Source: Entomortierella parvispora E1425
Lineage: Eukaryota; Fungi; Mortierellomycota
Direction of reading: 5' to 3'
Length of the DNA stretch: 64,000 nucleotides
Assembly: GCA_020891255.1 (NCBI GenBank)
Contig: BQFW01000012.1
Coordinates: 496,001-560,000, forward strand
Below are positions 62,836 to 64,000 of the stretch, piece by piece. The notes beneath the pieces were generated by a model. The model made no database searches. It saw nothing but the letters and a program-made list of their open reading frames with translations, and was not told the DNA's origin. Numbering within the stretch: the first letter of the stretch is position 1; each line of letters opens with the position of its first letter. A program made the translations under genes and the position numbers.

Positions 62836-63316
62836 GATAGCGAGTCCTTTTTCTTTTTTTTTTTTTTTTTTTGACTTGACGGTGGGAAAAAAAAAATAAG
62901 TAGAGAAAAAGAGAGAATACACAATGTTGATGATGAAAAGAAAAGGGGTCCCGTGAAAAAAAGACGGTCGCACCTTTTTTTTTTCACTTCATCCTTCCTA
63001 AGCACGATTTTCTGGACCAGAATGGAATTTTCGTTTGGGGTCCAAAGGGACAGGAAAAGGCAGGTTACCTGCTTTATTTTTTTGTATTCTTCCTTTCGTG
63101 CCCTGAAGGGGATATAAATGAGGCGCTCTCTCCCTTTTTTTTTCTCAACCTCCATTCTCGGGATATACCCGTTGAGAACGAACAGAAGAAAAAAAAGGCA
63201 ATGGTCTAGCATGCACGGACCTTGCTCATACCTCGGCTGAGTTTGGACACAACTAAATAGATCTGTGGCTGTGTGACGCGTCTGTGCGGAATGGTTGAAA
63301 GTAAAAAAGGTAAAAA

Positions 63317-64000
63317 CTATGCCAGCATGGGCTCGTTTCTTGCTTGTTGCTTTTGTTTTTGCTTCTTGGCTGCGACAGGTTTTGTTGCGCTTGGCTCTAA
63401 ACATGCAAGCAAAAAGGAAATAGCGATCAGTCAACTGCAAACTGAGTAAAAGATAGAAGTGCCTACAAGAATGTAGCCATAGCATACCGGCTTCCTCCTC
63501 TTCGTAATCGACAGCGACAGGGTTCAATTCCTTCGCAGGTACAGTGGGCAATCTCTCCTCGTATTCCTTTGCCTGAATGAAATCACATCAAAGATAAAAT
63601 GATCAAGTCTGTTAGTTAACAGAATATTATTCCTTGGGTTCAGTTCAACTTTTGACAGTGCCTGTATCCTTACCACCATAGCATCCAGTTCCGCCTCGAT
63701 ATCTTCTTCCTCAGCCACCGAGAGCCTTGTGCTCAACATCTCGTCAATCTCATCCTGGTACGCTATACTCTCTGCGGTCTCGTCCATCAATTTTTCGACA
63801 TCGGACAAGGACATTTCCTTGTGCAATTCCTTCAAGACTTGGTTTCCTGCCGCCAATCCTGCAAACACTTCCTTTTCGACCATAGCTTGTTCAATTGAGA
63901 ACGTCTATTGTTTTTAAAAGAAAAAGGCACATCGAAGGTTAGAGAAAAGGCGGAAGAGTCGAGGGGAACATCGAGAAGATGCAAGGGTGTTTTACCAGTT
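63317..64000 (-). CDS. VPS20: ESCRT-III subunit Vps20/CHMP6, 3' part (5' end outside the window)
   Basis: Exons 64000-63996, 63904-63674, 63572-63488, 63396-63317. Sequence SIEQAMVEKEVFAGLAAGNQVLKELHKEMSLSDVEKLMDETAESIAYQDEIDEML, LPTVP, and terminal RNEPMLA*. Confidence 0.88.

Overview
This is intron-rich fungal genomic DNA with no prokaryotic features. The gene content and style (intronless F-box/LRR expansions, SOSS-B, long poly-A/T tracts, gene-dense layout) suggest Mortierellaceae or another early-diverging terrestrial fungus; this is an inference. I reconstructed 22 loci by hand from GT/GC-AG signals. For every complete multi-exon model the summed exon length is a multiple of 3. In order, the loci are: a secreted ferritin-like protein, an M28 membrane peptidase, an orphan polyPro/coiled-coil protein, a BTB protein, a Zn2Cys6 transcription factor, synaptobrevin SNC1, a GPI-anchored Cys-rich protein, a C2 protein with an Asn-rich tail, four F-box/LRR paralogs (one disabled), VMS1, an Axl2-like protein, SOSS-B, a ~2040-aa coiled-coil protein, a Fus3/Kss1-type MAPK, a C8orf82 homolog, MZT1, NOT2, a ~1195-aa polytopic membrane protein and the 3' part of VPS20. 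No tRNA, rRNA, CRISPR array or intact transposon can be supported. The most interesting signals are: (1) a birth-and-death F-box/LRR array whose second copy is cut by a stop just after the F-box; (2) an SNC1 start codon split AT|G by a stop-free 108-nt intron; (3) two obligatory GC-AG introns, one of which gives a Zn-cluster-only mini-protein if retained; (4) prion-like tails on the C2 protein and on SOSS-B; (5) a possible spliced non-coding transcript upstream of MZT1.
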